NCBI GenBank assembly: GCA_963664115.2
Contig: CAXWPJ010000009.1
Span: 736,001 to 800,000, forward strand
Direction of reading: 5' to 3'
DNA from: Terriglobia bacterium
GTDB lineage: Bacteria > Acidobacteriota > Terriglobia > 20CM-2-55-15
DNA: 64,000 nt
This document shows positions 30,586 through 47,532 of the stretch, piece after piece. The notes below the pieces were generated by a model. The model did no database searches and was not told where the DNA came from. It saw only the letters and a list, made by a program, of their open reading frames with translations. Each line of letters starts with the position of its first letter. Position 1 is the first letter of the stretch. Made by a program: the position numbers and the translations under genes.

Positions 30586-32682
30586 TTATGCCGGCTTGAA
30601 TTCCCGCCCTTGAGCCCTCGCAACGATCTCATCCTCGATCTGGGAGGGCACCTCTGAATATTGTCCAAAATGCATCGAGAAAGTTGCGCGTCCCTGGGTC
30701 ATCGATCGGAGGTCCGTGGCGTAACCGAACATCGTCGCCAACGGAACAAGTGCTCGAACAATTTGAGTTCCTTGACGCGCTTCCATACCTTCCACGTGTC
30801 CTCGGCGGGAATTCAAATCTCCGATCACATCCCCCAAGTACTCCTCAGGAAGAACCGCTTCAACTCGCATCACAGGTTCCAACAAGACTGGAAACGCCTT
30901 TGCACATGCCGTCTTGAACGCCATTGACCCCGCAATTTTGAACGCGATTTCTGAAGAATCCACATCGTGGTAAGACCCATCAAACAACGTAACTTTCAGA
31001 TCACGCACCTCATATCCCGCTAAAATCCCGGACGTCATCGCCTCGGTGATTCCTTGCTGTACAGGCTTAACAAACTCTTTGGGAATCGAACCGCCGACGA
31101 TCTTATTGACAAATTCCAGGCCCGTACCGGATTCGGCAGGTTCAATCTTTATCTTGACGTGACCGTATTGGCCCCGGCCACCGGTTTGCCGAACGTAACG
31201 CCCCTCAGCCTCAGCTGCTTTACGAATCGTTTCCTTATAAGAGACCTGAGGCTTACCAACATTTGCACCCACGCTGAACTCTCTCAGCATCCTGTCGACA
31301 ATGATTTCCAAATGCAGTTCACCCATCCCGGAAATAATGCTCTGTCCGGTATCCATGTCGGTATGCATTCGGAAAGTGGGATCCTCCTGAGCCAGTTTTC
31401 CCAGCGCCATTCCCATCTTTTCCTGGTCAGCCTTAGTCTTTGGTTCGATCGCAACCGAAATAACGGGCTCTGGGAAATCCATGGCTTCGAGAAGAATAGG
31501 CGCATGTTCGTCGCAAATTGTATCCCCCGTCGTCACAGCCTTTAATCCGATGGCGGCCGCAATATCTCCGGTATAGATGCCTTTTATTTCTTCACGCTTG
31601 TCCGCATGCATCTTCAACAGGCGGCCGATGCGTTCGCGTTTATTTTTCGCCGTGTTGTAAACGTACGATCCGGCATCAATATGACCCGAATACACTCTGA
31701 AGAAGGCCAGCTGCCCGACAAAAGGGTCGTACATGATTTTGAAAACGAGCGCCGAAAACGCCTCTGAATCATCGGCGTTTCGGGTGACTTCTGAAGATCG
31801 GTCGGACGTAAAGCCTGAAATCGGGGGCACGTCGAGAGGAGAGGGAAGGAATTCGACAACGGCATCAAGGAGGGTTTGGACACCTTTATTCTTGAAGGCG
31901 GAGCCACACAGGACCGGTGTCATCTTCATCTCGATTGTGGCACGCCTGACACCCGCCTTGAGCTCATCCTCAGAGATTTCCTTGCCATTGACAAACTTCT
32001 CGAACAGCCCTTCATCCACCTCGCTGGCGGCCTCAATAAGTTTTTCTCGACGTACGGCCGACTCCTCTTTAAGTTCTTCTGGGATCTCCTGAATTTCGTA
32101 CTCAGCGCCGCGTGACGCATCCGAATAGACGATCGCCTTTCGCCGGATCAGATCGATAACGCCCGAAAACTTTTCTTCTTTCCCCAGCGGCAACTGGAGC
32201 ACAACAGGATTTCCCCGCAATCGAGTCCGAATCATGTCGACACAGTTATCGAAATCGGCTCCGGCTCGATCCATCTTGTTGACGAAGGCAATCCGGGGAA
32301 CACGATACTTGTCTGCCTGCCGCCACACGGTTTCCGATTGCGGTTCGACGCCGCCAACCGCGCAAAACACCGCCACAGCGCCGTCCAGCACTCGAAGCGA
32401 TCGCTCGACCTCTGCCGTGAAATCCACGTGGCCAGGAGTATCAATTATGTTGATCCGGAAATCGTTCCAGAAACATGTCGTGGCTGCCGAGGTAATGGTG
32501 ATTCCACGCTCCTGCTCCTGTTCCATCCAGTCCATGGTGGCCGTGCCTTCATGCACCTCACCCAACTTGTAATTGATTCCGGTGTAGTAGAGAATCCGCT
32601 CCGTAGTAGTTGTCTTGCCGGCATCGATATGGGCCATGATGCCGATATTGCGAGTTTTCTCTAATGGTACGACTCTTGGCAT
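30586..32682 (-). CDS. fusA: Elongation factor G
   Basis: [17 protein letters not shown]. Confidence 0.99.
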   Translation of the reverse strand: MPRVVPLEKTRNIGIMAHIDAGKTTTTERILYYTGINYKLGEVHEGTATMDWMEQEQERGITITSAATTCFWNDFRINIIDTPGHVDFTAEVERSLRVLDGAVAVFCAVGGVEPQSETVWRQADKYRVPRIAFVNKMDRAGADFDNCVDMIRTRLRGNPVVLQLPLGKEEKFSGVIDLIRRKAIVYSDASRGAEYEIQEIPEELKEESAVRREKLIEAASEVDEGLFEKFVNGKEISEDELKAGVRRATIEMKMTPVLCGSAFKNKGVQTLLDAVVEFLPSPLDVPPISGFTSDRSSEVTRNADDSEAFSALVFKIMYDPFVGQLAFFRVYSGHIDAGSYVYNTAKNKRERIGRLLKMHADKREEIKGIYTGDIAAAIGLKAVTTGDTICDEHAPILLEAMDFPEPVISVAIEPKTKADQEKMGMALGKLAQEDPTFRMHTDMDTGQSIISGMGELHLEIIVDRMLREFSVGANVGKPQVSYKETIRKAAEAEGRYVRQTGGRGQYGHVKIKIEPAESGTGLEFVNKIVGGSIPKEFVKPVQQGITEAMTSGILAGYEVRDLKVTLFDGSYHDVDSSEIAFKIAGSMAFKTACAKAFPVLLEPVMRVEAVLPEEYLGDVIGDLNSRRGHVEGMEARQGTQIVRALVPLATMFGYATDLRSMTQGRATFSMHFGQYSEVPSQIEDEIVARAQGREFKPA

Positions 32683-32698
32683 GATTTTCTAATTCGTG

Positions 32699-33169
32699 CT
32701 ACCAGCGATAGTGGGCAAAGGCTTTGTTCGCCTCCGCCATCCGGTGCGTATCTTCCTTCTTTTTCACAGCATTTCCGCGATTGTTAGCAGCATCCAGCAC
32801 TTCGCCAGCAAGCTTTTCTTCCATCGATCTCTCACCCCTTGCACGCGAATAACCGATGAGCCAGCGAATGCCCAGCGACGTTCGGCGGACGGTGCTTACC
32901 TCCAGCGGCACCTGGTAGGTCGAACCACCCACACGGCGCGACTTCACTTCCAGAACAGGCTTGATATTCTCGATCGCCTTCTTGAACACCTTCAAGGGAT
33001 CATCGCCGGCTTTCTCTTCAACGATCTTCAGTGCTCGGTAGAAAATCTGCTGCGAAACGCTCTTTTTACCGCCCCACATCATCTGGTTGATGAACTTCGA
33101 CACGAGCGCACTCGAATAGACCGGATCCGGCAGGATCTCGCGGCGTACAACGTGAGCCTTTCTGGGCAT
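32699..33169 (-). CDS. rpsG: 30S ribosomal protein S7
   Basis: [23 protein letters not shown]. Confidence 0.98.
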   Translation of the reverse strand: MPRKAHVVRREILPDPVYSSALVSKFINQMMWGGKKSVSQQIFYRALKIVEEKAGDDPLKVFKKAIENIKPVLEVKSRRVGGSTYQVPLEVSTVRRTSLGIRWLIGYSRARGERSMEEKLAGEVLDAANNRGNAVKKKEDTHRMAEANKAFAHYRW

Positions 33170-33297
33170 ACAAACCTCAAAACGACTTCCTCAAAAGCCA
33201 GGGGAAGTCGCGGCCTTTCGGCACAGTTTATTGTCGAATCACGTGGGGCCTATACCCGGGCGTAGATCCCGGTGGCAGACTCCGTACTTCGGCAGTT

Positions 33298-33672
33298 TTA
33301 ACCCTTCGGTCGCTTCGCGCCATACTTCGAACGCGATTGCTTGCGGCCCGTCACACCCGCAGCGTCCAATGTCCCACGGATCACGTGGTACCGAACGCCC
33401 GGCAAATCCTTTACTCGGCCGCCGCGTATCAAAACGATGGAGTGCTCCTGCAGGTTGTGTCCAATTCCAGGAATGTAAGTTGTAACCTCGATTCCATTCG
33501 TCAACCGGACCCGTGCCACCTTCCGCAAGGCTGAATTCGGCTTCTTTGGCGTCGACGTATAAACACGCGTGCACACGCCACGCTTTTGCGGACAATTCTG
33601 CAAAGCAGGGCTGCCCGTCTTATACTTCGGCTTCTTTCGACCCTGTCGAACCAGTTGGTTGAACGTCGGCAC
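33298..33672 (-). CDS. rpsL: 30S ribosomal protein S12
   Basis: [20 protein letters not shown]. Confidence 0.99.
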   Translation of the reverse strand: MPTFNQLVRQGRKKPKYKTGSPALQNCPQKRGVCTRVYTSTPKKPNSALRKVARVRLTNGIEVTTYIPGIGHNLQEHSIVLIRGGRVKDLPGVRYHVIRGTLDAAGVTGRKQSRSKYGAKRPKG

Positions 33673-33741
33673 GATGTTTCAACTCCTGAACTATTCGTCA
33701 CTGCCCCCGGTAACAAAACCGTCCATTGGGGAAAGTCGTTA

Positions 33742-33771
33742 ATTTTATTAGATTGTGTAAGTGCTTGTCAA
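33742..33771 (-). promoter_or_regulatory. Putative str operon promoter
   Basis: TTGACA-18 bp-TAAAAT on the minus strand, 70 nt upstream of rpsL. Confidence 0.65.
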
Positions 33772-33939
33772 TCCATACACTTCCAAAAAAAACTGTGAGG
33801 TCAGGCCGCCTCTCACTTCCAAGCCAGTCCCTGGCTGATCTCGCGCCAGCCAGAGAACGTCATCGATCGAGGCTGGGAGCAGGATTAAATCCGCCCATGC
33901 TTGAACCACCAGGCACAATCCGGATTTAATTTTCACTGA

Positions 33940-38106
<4,167 letters not shown>

Positions 38107-38203
38107 AGCAATGACCTCCTCGAAGGAGTTAAGAAATCAGTGTCGATTAACAAACGCGCATCGACGAGTGCGGGGCAGTTCACCGACGACTCACCACTCA
38201 TCT

Positions 38204-41200
38204 CTAGTCTTTTCCGGCTGAAGCTGACGGTTTCCTCTTCATCAACTCGACGTCAAGACAAAGGCTCTGAAGCTCCCGAATCAGTACGTTGAAAGATTCA
38301 GGAACGCCGGGCTCAATTGCGGACTCTCCCTTAACGATCGCCTCATAGATTTTTGTACGTCCAAACACGTCATCCGACTTGGACGTCAGGAGTTCCTGGA
38401 GTATGTGAGCGGCCCCATACGCTTCCAGAGCCCAAACCTCCATCTCCCCGAAACGCTGGCCTCCAAACTGTGCTTTACCACCCAAGGGCTGTTGCGTAAT
38501 TAACGAGTACGGACCGATGGATCGGGCATGAATTTTGTCGTCAACCAGGTGAGACAGCTTGAGCATGTAAATGTATCCCACCGTTACTTCCTGCTCGAAC
38601 GGATCGCCCGACAACCCGTCATAAAGCCGCGTCTTCCCGCTGTGAGGCAGGTTGGCCTGCTCAAGCGCTGATTTGATCTCCGATTCTGTCGCGCCATCGA
38701 AAACCGGGGTCGCGTAATACAGGCCTAAGGCATGGGCGGCCCACCCGAGGTGAGTCTCGAGAATCTGGCCCACATTCATCCTCGACGGCACCCCCAGAGG
38801 ATTCAAAACGATTTCCACCGGCGTGCCATCCGGCAGGAAAGGCATATCCTCCTCGGGCAAGATCCGAGCGATCACGCCCTTGTTGCCATGCCGGCCCGCC
38901 ATCTTGTCACCAACCGAAAGCTTTCGTTTCATAGCGACATAAACCTTGACCAGTTTAATTACGCCTGGCGGCAGTTCGTCACCACGTCGCAGCTTGGAAA
39001 CACGATCTTCATGAACTTTTCGAAGTACGTCGATCTGACGCGTCGTCATGCCTTCGATTTCCTGAATCTCAGCCGCATTGTTGGAACCATCGGTGAATTT
39101 CAGCTTCAGAAGCTCCCGCATCGATAGGTTTTCGATTAATTCCCGAGTCAACACCGTCTTCTTCTCAACGATCTTCCGACCGCTCCGATCGTGAACAAGT
39201 TGATTCGAAGTCGTCTTGCCGGAAAGGATCGGCTCCAAGCGCTTGTTTCTCTCGTCTGACAGAATGCGGATTTCGTCACGCAGGTTCTTCTCCAGGCGCT
39301 GTAACTCCATCTCTTCGATCAACATCGCCCGTTCATCTTTTTCCGCACCCTTGCGAGAGAAAATATTCACGTCGACGACGATGCCTTCGATACCTGGCGG
39401 ACAAATCAGAGACGCATCACGAACGTCTCCAGCCTTTTCGCCGAAAATCGCCCGTAACAATTTCTCTTCGGGAGTGAGCTGCGTTTCGCCTTTCGGAGTT
39501 ACCTTTCCAACGAGCACGTCGCCCGGCTTTACATTCGCCCCGATTCGGATAATGCCCGCTTCATCCAGGTCGTTGAGGAAGGACTCGCTGACGTTCGGAA
39601 TATCGCGCGTGATCTCTTCGGGGCCGAGCTTGGTATCTCGCGCTTCGATCTCAAACTCTTCGATGTGAATCGATGTGTAATAGTCGTCCTTGACCAAACG
39701 CTCGGAAACCAGAATCGCGTCCTCGAAGTTGTAGCCACGCCAAGGCATGAAGGCGACGAGTATGTTGCGTCCCAGCGCAAGTTCACCCTGTTCGGTACAG
39801 GGTCCGTCTGCAAGCACTTGCCCCTTAAGAACCCGGGCTCCCTTCCGGACGACGGGCTTCTGATTAATGCAAGTATTCTGATTGGAACGTTTAAATTTGG
39901 TCAGCGAGTAAATGTCGGCGCCGACCTCCCTCGAGAAGAAGCTCTCTTCAGTTCCTTCGACCCGAACAATGATCCTCTCGGAATCGACAGAATCGACGAC
40001 ACCGCTTCGTCGGCAAATGACCACAGCGCCGGAATCACGGGCTGTAATCTCTTCCATTCCGGTACCAACAAACGGCGCGTCCGTCCGAAGCAAGGGCACG
40101 GCCTGTCGTTGCATATTCGATCCCATCAACGCACGGTTCGCATCGTCGTTCTCCAGGAACGGAATCAGCGAGGCAGCCACCGAAACCAACTGCTTGGGAG
40201 AGACATCTACATAGTCGACTTCTTCACGGTGTTTTAAAACGAAATTACCCGACTGCCGCACGTTGACCAGTTCGTCGACCATACGCCCGCGGTCATCCAA
40301 TTCCACATTGGCCTGAGCGATCAGAAATTCGTCTTCCTCCCACGCAGAGAGATAGAAGGAGTGCGGCTCGAATTCGATACGCTTCTTTCCCGTCAACGAA
40401 CGGTTTTCCTTCTCGACGACCTCTCGCTCGACGTTCGATCCGACGTCGTGCTTCGATCCACCTTTAGAGAGAATGGTCACATAATCGATGACACGACCTT
40501 TCTTTACCTTGCGATACGGGCTTTCTATAAAACCGAACTCGTTAATTCGGGCGTAGCAACTCAGGGAAGAGATCAGTCCGATGTTCGGTCCTTCCGGAGT
40601 TTCGATGGGGCATATACGACCGTAATGTGTGGGATGAACGTCTCGAACTTCAAATCCCGCGCGTTCCCGGGAGAGTCCTCCCGGGCCCAAGGCCGAAAGG
40701 CGCCGCTTGTGAGTGATCTCGGAAAGAGGATTCGTCTGGTCCATAAACTGAGAGAGCTGTGATGAACCAAAAAATTCACGAACCGCAGCGATTACAGGCT
40801 TGGCGTTGATCAAGTCGTGCGGCATTGCGGTGATCATTTCTTGATAGACCGACATCTTTTCCTTGATTGCCCGCTCCATACGAACCAACCCGATTCGGAA
40901 CTGGTTCTCCAGCAACTCTCCGACGGCGCGGACTCGGCGATTACCAAGATGATCGATGTCGTCCACTTGACCGATGGGTTTGCGCAACTTTAAGAGATAG
41001 GAAATGACGCCGAAGAAATCACTCGGTTCCAGAATCCTATTCTCCAAAGGAGTCGTCATGTCCAATTTGATATTGAACTTGAGCCTGCCGACTCTCGAAA
41101 AGTCGTACTTCCGCGCTTCGAAGAACATGCCATCAAACAGGTTGGTGGCGGTATCCAGGGTGGGGGGGTCGCCGGGTCGCAACTTACGGTAGATCTCGAT

Positions 41201-42484
41201 CAAGGCTTCCTCCGAAGTCTTGATCGTGTCCTTCTTAACCGTCTGGCTCAAAACGATGCCGATATCGTCGCGTTCAGGGAAGAACACGGTGAGTTCCGGC
41301 ACACCGGCATCGATCACCGATCGAACAATCGTCGGATTCAGCTCGCTGTTGGCCTCGGCGATTACTTCACCCGTGTTGGTGTCTACAATGTCAGCAGCCG
41401 TGAACGCGCCTTCAAGGTCTTCGGCGGCAATTTCAAACTGTTTCAACTTTGATTGCTTGATGTTCTGGAACACCGAGGCAGTGACCTTTTTGCCAGCCCC
41501 AACCAGCAGTTCTTTCGTTTTTGGGTTCCGGATCTCTTTGCTGATCCGCATTCCTAGAATCGTGGAAGAGAAAATCCAGAACAGCTTCTCCTTGACGATC
41601 TTGACCGTATCGATCGAGTAGAACTTGCGAATGATTTCTTCGTCGTTCTTCAGTCCAAGAGCCCGCAGGAAGATGGAGGCGAGAAATTTTCGTTTCCGGT
41701 CGATCCTGACGTGAAGAAGGTTCTTTGCAGTCTCGTATTCGAACTCCACCCATGAACCACGGTAGGGAATGATCTTGCCCAGGAAGTAGTCGCGAGCCGG
41801 CGTTGATTCGAAGAAGACACCGGGGCTCCGGTGTAATTGGCTGACGATGACGCGCTCGGTACCGTTTATGACGAACGTACCGTTATCGGTCATCAAAGGA
41901 ATTTCCCCGAAGTAAACCTCTTGTTCCTTGATGTCGCGAATCGTCTTGGCGCCCGTATCCGGATCCTTGTCAAAAATCGTCAGGCGGATCGTGACCTTTA
42001 GAGGCGCCGAGTACGTCATACCTCGTGCCTGGCACTCGTTGACGTTGTATTTGAGGTTTAGCTGAACGGGATCGCCGCACTTCTGGCAAAAGGTGACGAG
42101 ATTCTTGTTGATCGTGCCGCAATGCCGGCACATCACAGTGCTTTCTGCAGAAAACGGGTTCGTCGTGATCGTGCTGCCGCACGATCGGCAAGTACTGCGC
42201 AGATGGTGGAGCCCCTTCAGTGTCCCGCACTTGCACTCCCAATTCCCAATCGAATAACTGATGAATTCAAGAGTCGACACTCCCCGAAAGTCCGAGATCG
42301 GAAAAACCGAATTGAAAACTGCCTGAAGCCCCGTATCCTCGCGTTCGTCCGGCAGCATGTTCATCTGAAGAAATCGTTCGTAGGACTTCTTCTGAACCTC
42401 GATGAGATTCGGAATCTGAATCGCCGTCTTGATCTTCGAAAAGTTAGTTCTATCTCTAGAGTTATTCGTATTAATGTCTGCCAT
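38204..42484 (-). CDS. rpoB: RNA polymerase beta subunit
   Basis: [15 protein letters not shown]; [12 protein letters not shown]. Confidence 0.99.
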   Translation of the reverse strand: MADINTNNSRDRTNFSKIKTAIQIPNLIEVQKKSYERFLQMNMLPDEREDTGLQAVFNSVFPISDFRGVSTLEFISYSIGNWECKCGTLKGLHHLRSTCRSCGSTITTNPFSAESTVMCRHCGTINKNLVTFCQKCGDPVQLNLKYNVNECQARGMTYSAPLKVTIRLTIFDKDPDTGAKTIRDIKEQEVYFGEIPLMTDNGTFVINGTERVIVSQLHRSPGVFFESTPARDYFLGKIIPYRGSWVEFEYETAKNLLHVRIDRKRKFLASIFLRALGLKNDEEIIRKFYSIDTVKIVKEKLFWIFSSTILGMRISKEIRNPKTKELLVGAGKKVTASVFQNIKQSKLKQFEIAAEDLEGAFTAADIVDTNTGEVIAEANSELNPTIVRSVIDAGVPELTVFFPERDDIGIVLSQTVKKDTIKTSEEALIEIYRKLRPGDPPTLDTATNLFDGMFFEARKYDFSRVGRLKFNIKLDMTTPLENRILEPSDFFGVISYLLKLRKPIGQVDDIDHLGNRRVRAVGELLENQFRIGLVRMERAIKEKMSVYQEMITAMPHDLINAKPVIAAVREFFGSSQLSQFMDQTNPLSEITHKRRLSALGPGGLSRERAGFEVRDVHPTHYGRICPIETPEGPNIGLISSLSCYARINEFGFIESPYRKVKKGRVIDYVTILSKGGSKHDVGSNVEREVVEKENRSLTGKKRIEFEPHSFYLSAWEEDEFLIAQANVELDDRGRMVDELVNVRQSGNFVLKHREEVDYVDVSPKQLVSVAASLIPFLENDDANRALMGSNMQRQAVPLLRTDAPFVGTGMEEITARDSGAVVICRRSGVVDSVDSERIIVRVEGTEESFFSREVGADIYSLTKFKRSNQNTCINQKPVVRKGARVLKGQVLADGPCTEQGELALGRNILVAFMPWRGYNFEDAILVSERLVKDDYYTSIHIEEFEIEARDTKLGPEEITRDIPNVSESFLNDLDEAGIIRIGANVKPGDVLVGKVTPKGETQLTPEEKLLRAIFGEKAGDVRDASLICPPGIEGIVVDVNIFSRKGAEKDERAMLIEEMELQRLEKNLRDEIRILSDERNKRLEPILSGKTTSNQLVHDRSGRKIVEKKTVLTRELIENLSMRELLKLKFTDGSNNAAEIQEIEGMTTRQIDVLRKVHEDRVSKLRRGDELPPGVIKLVKVYVAMKRKLSVGDKMAGRHGNKGVIARILPEEDMPFLPDGTPVEIVLNPLGVPSRMNVGQILETHLGWAAHALGLYYATPVFDGATESEIKSALEQANLPHSGKTRLYDGLSGDPFEQEVTVGYIYMLKLSHLVDDKIHARSIGPYSLITQQPLGGKAQFGGQRFGEMEVWALEAYGAAHILQELLTSKSDDVFGRTKIYEAIVKGESAIEPGVPESFNVLIRELQSLCLDVELMKRKPSASAGKD

Positions 42485-42651
42485 TTGTGGTGTTTACTCC
42501 TGAAATGACAACGCACCGGGCGCAAGACGAACTTCGTCCCGCGGCTCCGGCCGTCCAATTCTGCGACCCGAGACCTTCCGTTGAAAGATATTCTTTCGGT
42601 AGCGAACCGATGAGTGCTCCCGCAATCGATGCCCGATTTTCCAGAACCGAG

Positions 42652-43032
42652 TTACTTCACTTCTACAGTGGCGCCAGCATCTTCGAACTGCTTTTTGATG
42701 TCTTCCGCTTCGTCCTTGTTCACGCCCTCTTTGATCGACTTCGGAGCGGACTCGACAAGGTCTTTGGCTTCCTTCAAACCCAAAGTCGTCAGCTTTCGTA
42801 CAACCTTTATGACGGTGATCTTGTTGCCGCCGAAACTAGTCAGTACAACATCGAATTCTGTCTGTTCTTCTTCTGCGGCTCCACCACCGGCCGCGGGGGC
42901 GCCCGCCACCGCGACGGCAGCCGCAGCTACGCTGACACCGAAGGCTTCCTCGATCCCTTTAACCAACTCGGAAGCCTCGATCAACGAAAGACCTTTGATT
43001 TCCTCGATGATGCTAGCTATTTTGTCCGACAT
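42652..43032 (-). CDS. rplL: 50S ribosomal protein L7/L12
   Basis: [21 protein letters not shown]. Confidence 0.98.
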   Translation of the reverse strand: MSDKIASIIEEIKGLSLIEASELVKGIEEAFGVSVAAAAVAVAGAPAAGGGAAEEEQTEFDVVLTSFGGNKITVIKVVRKLTTLGLKEAKDLVESAPKSIKEGVNKDEAEDIKKQFEDAGATVEVK

Positions 43033-43152
43033 GCGATTCTCCTGATTAATGAATGCGGGGTAAATCGGGACAGAGCTCGAATTTCTGAATTCCCATAACT
43101 GGCTCGTCCCACAAACCCTATGGAAAATCAGGGCTATACCCCTGTAATTTTC

Positions 43153-43677
43153 CTACCCGAATTTCTCTCCCTCGACGGCCTGTCCTAGGGCGACGGCAAG
43201 ATTCCGACCCACAGCGTTGATTCCGACGGCAATCCTCTGCGCCGGAGCGTTAACCAAATACATCAGTTGAGCGATCAATTCATCGTGGGAGGGCAATGCC
43301 GCGATCTCAGCCAGAGTTGAGATTTCGACCACGCGGCCTTCGACCATGCCCGCTTTGAACACGAAAGCCGGATGCGACTTCGCGTAGTCGGAAAGAGCCT
43401 TCGCCAGTGAGACAGGGTCTCCGGAATTGTAGGCAATCGCGGTGGGACCCTCAAATGACGCCGTCAGCTCCTGGGCCCGAGTCCCTTCGGCGGAAAGCTT
43501 GGCGAGTCTGTTTTTTACGACTTTATATTTGCTGTCGGCCTCGCGTACCTTGTTACGAAGATCGGTATCTTGCTCGACGTTGAGTCCCTTGAACTGAACA
43601 ACAATAAGGTTTTCCGCCTCGGCCAACTCTTTCCTCAAGTGTTCAACTTCTTCCTGTTTATGTTTCTTCGACTTCAC
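43153..43677 (-). CDS. rplJ: 50S ribosomal protein L10
   Basis: [17 protein letters not shown]; GTG start after AAGGAG. Confidence 0.96.
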   Translation of the reverse strand: MKSKKHKQEEVEHLRKELAEAENLIVVQFKGLNVEQDTDLRNKVREADSKYKVVKNRLAKLSAEGTRAQELTASFEGPTAIAYNSGDPVSLAKALSDYAKSHPAFVFKAGMVEGRVVEISTLAEIAALPSHDELIAQLMYLVNAPAQRIAVGINAVGRNLAVALGQAVEGEKFG

Positions 43678-43747
43678 CAGATTCTCCTTGGCAACTGAAA
43701 AGGGCACCCTTCCGATGTGGACCCGTGCGTCTTACTGCCGTTTGTTG

Positions 43748-44443
43748 TCACTTGGCATCAACCGAGGCAAGATCGACATCAATCCCCGGGCTCATCGTGG
43801 TTGCCACGGTTACGCGGCGGATGTATTTGCCCTTCAAAGCTACGGGCCGTGCTTTGACAATCGAATCAGCCATGGTGCGCACGTTTTCAACCAGCTTCGG
43901 ATGGTCGAACGAAACTTTTCCACACGGAACGTGTATGACTCCGGTCTTGTCGACGCGGTACTCCACTTTGCCAGCCTTGACTTCCTCGACGGCCTTCGCC
44001 ACCTCGAATGTCACCGTTCCCGTTTTCGGGTTCGGCATGAGACCTCGTGGGCCAAGAACGCGGCCCAGCTTGCCCACCAATTTCATCATGTCCGGAGTCG
44101 AAATGCAGGCATCGAAATCAAGCCAGCCACCCTGAATTTTCTTGACAAGCTCCTCGCCACCAACGAACTCAGCACCGGCTTCCTCCGCCTCTCGAATTTT
44201 TTCACCGGACGCAATGACACAAATGCTCTTGGACTTGCCCAGGCCGTTGGGCAAAACGACTGTGCCGCGCACCATCTGGTCGGCATGCTTGGGGTCAACT
44301 CCAAGCCGCATGTGCAGTTCGACGGTCTCGTCGAACTTCGCAAACTTAATCTTCTGAAGGGTCTCAATCGCCTCATCAAGAGCATAAACCCGGTCTTCAA
44401 TCTGTTCAGAGGCCTTGCCGTAATTCTTGGTTACCTTTGCCAC
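43748..44443 (-). CDS. rplA: 50S ribosomal protein L1
   Basis: [22 protein letters not shown]. Confidence 0.98.
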   Translation of the reverse strand: MAKVTKNYGKASEQIEDRVYALDEAIETLQKIKFAKFDETVELHMRLGVDPKHADQMVRGTVVLPNGLGKSKSICVIASGEKIREAEEAGAEFVGGEELVKKIQGGWLDFDACISTPDMMKLVGKLGRVLGPRGLMPNPKTGTVTFEVAKAVEEVKAGKVEYRVDKTGVIHVPCGKVSFDHPKLVENVRTMADSIVKARPVALKGKYIRRVTVATTMSPGIDVDLASVDAK

Positions 44444-44446
44444 TTT

Positions 44447-44881
44447 CTAGCCTCCTACAACCTCAAGACCCATGCTGCGCGCTGTCCCTTTAACAATCTG
44501 CACAGCCGCCTCCAGGCTTGCCGCGTTCAAGTCGGGCATCTTTGTGCGGGCGATCTCTTCGACCTGCTTTTCAGTCACCTGACCCACCTTGGTCTTGTTA
44601 GGCTCCCCGGACCCTTTCGCTATCCCAGCCGAACGCTTCAGGAGTACGGCGGCGGGAGGCGTCTTAGTGATGAAAGTGAAGGATCGGTCCGCATATACCG
44701 TGATCACGGCCGGAATGATCAGTCCTTCCTGATCCTTCTCCGAAGTCCTGGCGTTGAATGTCTTACAAAAATCCATGATGGCCACACCGTGCTGCCCAAG
44801 CGCCGGGCCGACGGGAGGCGCAGGCGTCGCTTTACCCGCAGGAATCTGTAGCTTGATCAGACCAATGATTTTCTTCGCCAT
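44447..44881 (-). CDS. rplK: 50S ribosomal protein L11
   Basis: [15 protein letters not shown]. Confidence 0.98.
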   Translation of the reverse strand: MAKKIIGLIKLQIPAGKATPAPPVGPALGQHGVAIMDFCKTFNARTSEKDQEGLIIPAVITVYADRSFTFITKTPPAAVLLKRSAGIAKGSGEPNKTKVGQVTEKQVEEIARTKMPDLNAASLEAAVQIVKGTARSMGLEVVGG

Positions 44882-44907
44882 AACCCTCTAAACCGTCTCT
44901 GCTCGTT

Positions 44908-45459
44908 TCAATTTTTCTCTACTTGCAGGAAGTCCAACTCCACCGGAGTCGAGCGCCCGAAGATCGTAACCATGATTTTCAAGGTGTTCCGATCGTCGTT
45001 CACCTCGTCCACGACGCCTGTGAAGCTGCTGAAGGGGCCGTCAATGATATTGACGGTTTCACCGTTCTCAAAGCTCAGCTTAGGTTTGGGCCGGTCCGCT
45101 GCCGCCGTCTCAACTCTATATACGATCTGCTTGACTTCTTCGTCAGACAACGGCGTCGGAGATGAACCGGAACCCACAAAACCCGTTACCCTGGGCGTGT
45201 CTTTGACCAGATGCCAGGCCTCATCGCTCGGTCCACCGGTGTCGGTGTCTTCCATCTCGACCAACACATAACCGGGATAAAACATTTTCTGGGAAATCAC
45301 GCGCTTACCGCCCTTGACCTCGATGACCTCTTCGGTCGGAATCAAAACGTCGCAGACTTGTTCTTCGAGTCCAAAGGCCGCAGCCCGTGAACGGAGGCTA
45401 TCAGCCACCTTTCGCTCGAATCCCGAATACGTGTGAACGATGTACCACTGCTTGGGCAA
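44908..45459 (-). CDS. nusG: Transcription termination/antitermination factor NusG
   Basis: [30 protein letters not shown]; TTG start inferred. Confidence 0.97.
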   Translation of the reverse strand: MPKQWYIVHTYSGFERKVADSLRSRAAAFGLEEQVCDVLIPTEEVIEVKGGKRVISQKMFYPGYVLVEMEDTDTGGPSDEAWHLVKDTPRVTGFVGSGSSPTPLSDEEVKQIVYRVETAAADRPKPKLSFENGETVNIIDGPFSSFTGVVDEVNDDRNTLKIMVTIFGRSTPVELDFLQVEKN

Positions 45460-45466
45460 AGATCTG

Positions 45467-45697
45467 CTATCCTCCGCTACCGAAATAAGCCAAAACGCGG
45501 TTAAGCCCCAAACCGAGAACGTAGTCGACCAAGCCCAGATATACGCCGAAAAAGAAAACGGCGACAATTACGACGCCAGTCGTACCGATGATTTCGTCGC
45601 GTCCTGGCCAAGAGACCTTCTTCACCTCGCCCCGAACATCTCCATAGAACTGTGTGCTACGTTGGGACCAATCTTTGATTCTCGCAACTGGATTCAT
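45467..45697 (-). CDS. secE: Preprotein translocase SecE
   Basis: [12 protein letters not shown] plus TM segment. Confidence 0.95.
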   Translation of the reverse strand: MNPVARIKDWSQRSTQFYGDVRGEVKKVSWPGRDEIIGTTGVVIVAVFFFGVYLGLVDYVLGLGLNRVLAYFGSGG

Positions 45698-45771
45698 AGA
45701 ATCAGTAAAATCACGGTAGCCCTCAGCGTCCGCGTCGGGCTTTTACCTGCAGCCGTCTGCTGTTTTGTAGG

Positions 45772-45845
45772 CAGGCCAGGAGGGATTCGAACCCACAACA
45801 TCCGGTTTTGGAGACCGGCGCTCTGCCAATTAGAGCTACTGGCCT
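45772..45845 (-). tRNA. tRNA-Trp (CCA)
   Basis: Cloverleaf AGGCCAG.., anticodon loop CTCCAAA, GTTCGAATCC. Confidence 0.95.
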
Positions 45846-45888
45846 AGACTTAGAAAAGTCGAAAGTAGATGATTGTAACAGATTACAC

Positions 45889-46038
45889 CTACTTCGTCTC
45901 GCGATGAACGGTGTGATGCCGGCAGCGCGGGCAATATTTCTTGGTTTCCAGTCTCTCCGTGTGCTTCTTTTTGTTTTTAGTGTTCGTGTAGTTTCGTTCT
46001 TTGCACTCGGTACACTGTAAAGTAATGATATCTCGCAT
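45889..46038 (-). CDS. rpmG: 50S ribosomal protein L33 (not in ORF track)
   Basis: Manual translation [34 protein letters not shown]. Confidence 0.97.
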   Translation of the reverse strand: MRDIITLQCTECKERNYTNTKNKKKHTERLETKKYCPRCRHHTVHRETK

Positions 46039-46090
46039 GATATTGACCATTGCGGCTCCACAAGTGGCGCCGTGTTACGAGTTTCTGGTT

Positions 46091-47281
<1,191 letters not shown>

Positions 47282-47380
47282 GGCTTCTCTTCCTCGTCTG
47301 GTTTCTCTGTCTTCTGTTCGGGCCGTCTATGACCACCCTGCCTCTTTATGCGTTGCCATAAAACCGCACCTATTTCAAGG

Positions 47381-47452
47381 AGCGGGAGACGGGATTCGAA
47401 CCCGCGACCAACGGCTTGGAAGGCCGTGACTCTACCACTGAGTTACTCCCGC
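47381..47452 (-). tRNA. tRNA-Gly (TCC)
   Basis: GCGGGAG.., anticodon loop CTTCCAA, GTTCGAATCC. Confidence 0.95.
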
Positions 47453-47532
47453 CAATGAGACCATTGCCGTGACCATTGCGGTGACCATTGCGGCTCCAAC
47501 TAGTGTCGCCGTGTTCGTCGGCTCCAACTAGT

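Noticed and set aside
43678-43747. Canonical L10 leader RNA
   Set aside because: Spacer is only 70 bp and I cannot recognise the consensus; only a weak GGCA/TGCC stem
43688-44851. Long antisense ORFs over ribosomal, tuf and rpo genes (e.g. 387 aa here)
   Set aside because: Shadow frames caused by codon bias of highly expressed genes
47457-47532. CRISPR-like short repeats near tRNA-Gly
   Set aside because: Repeats are tandem without unique spacers, and no cas genes are present
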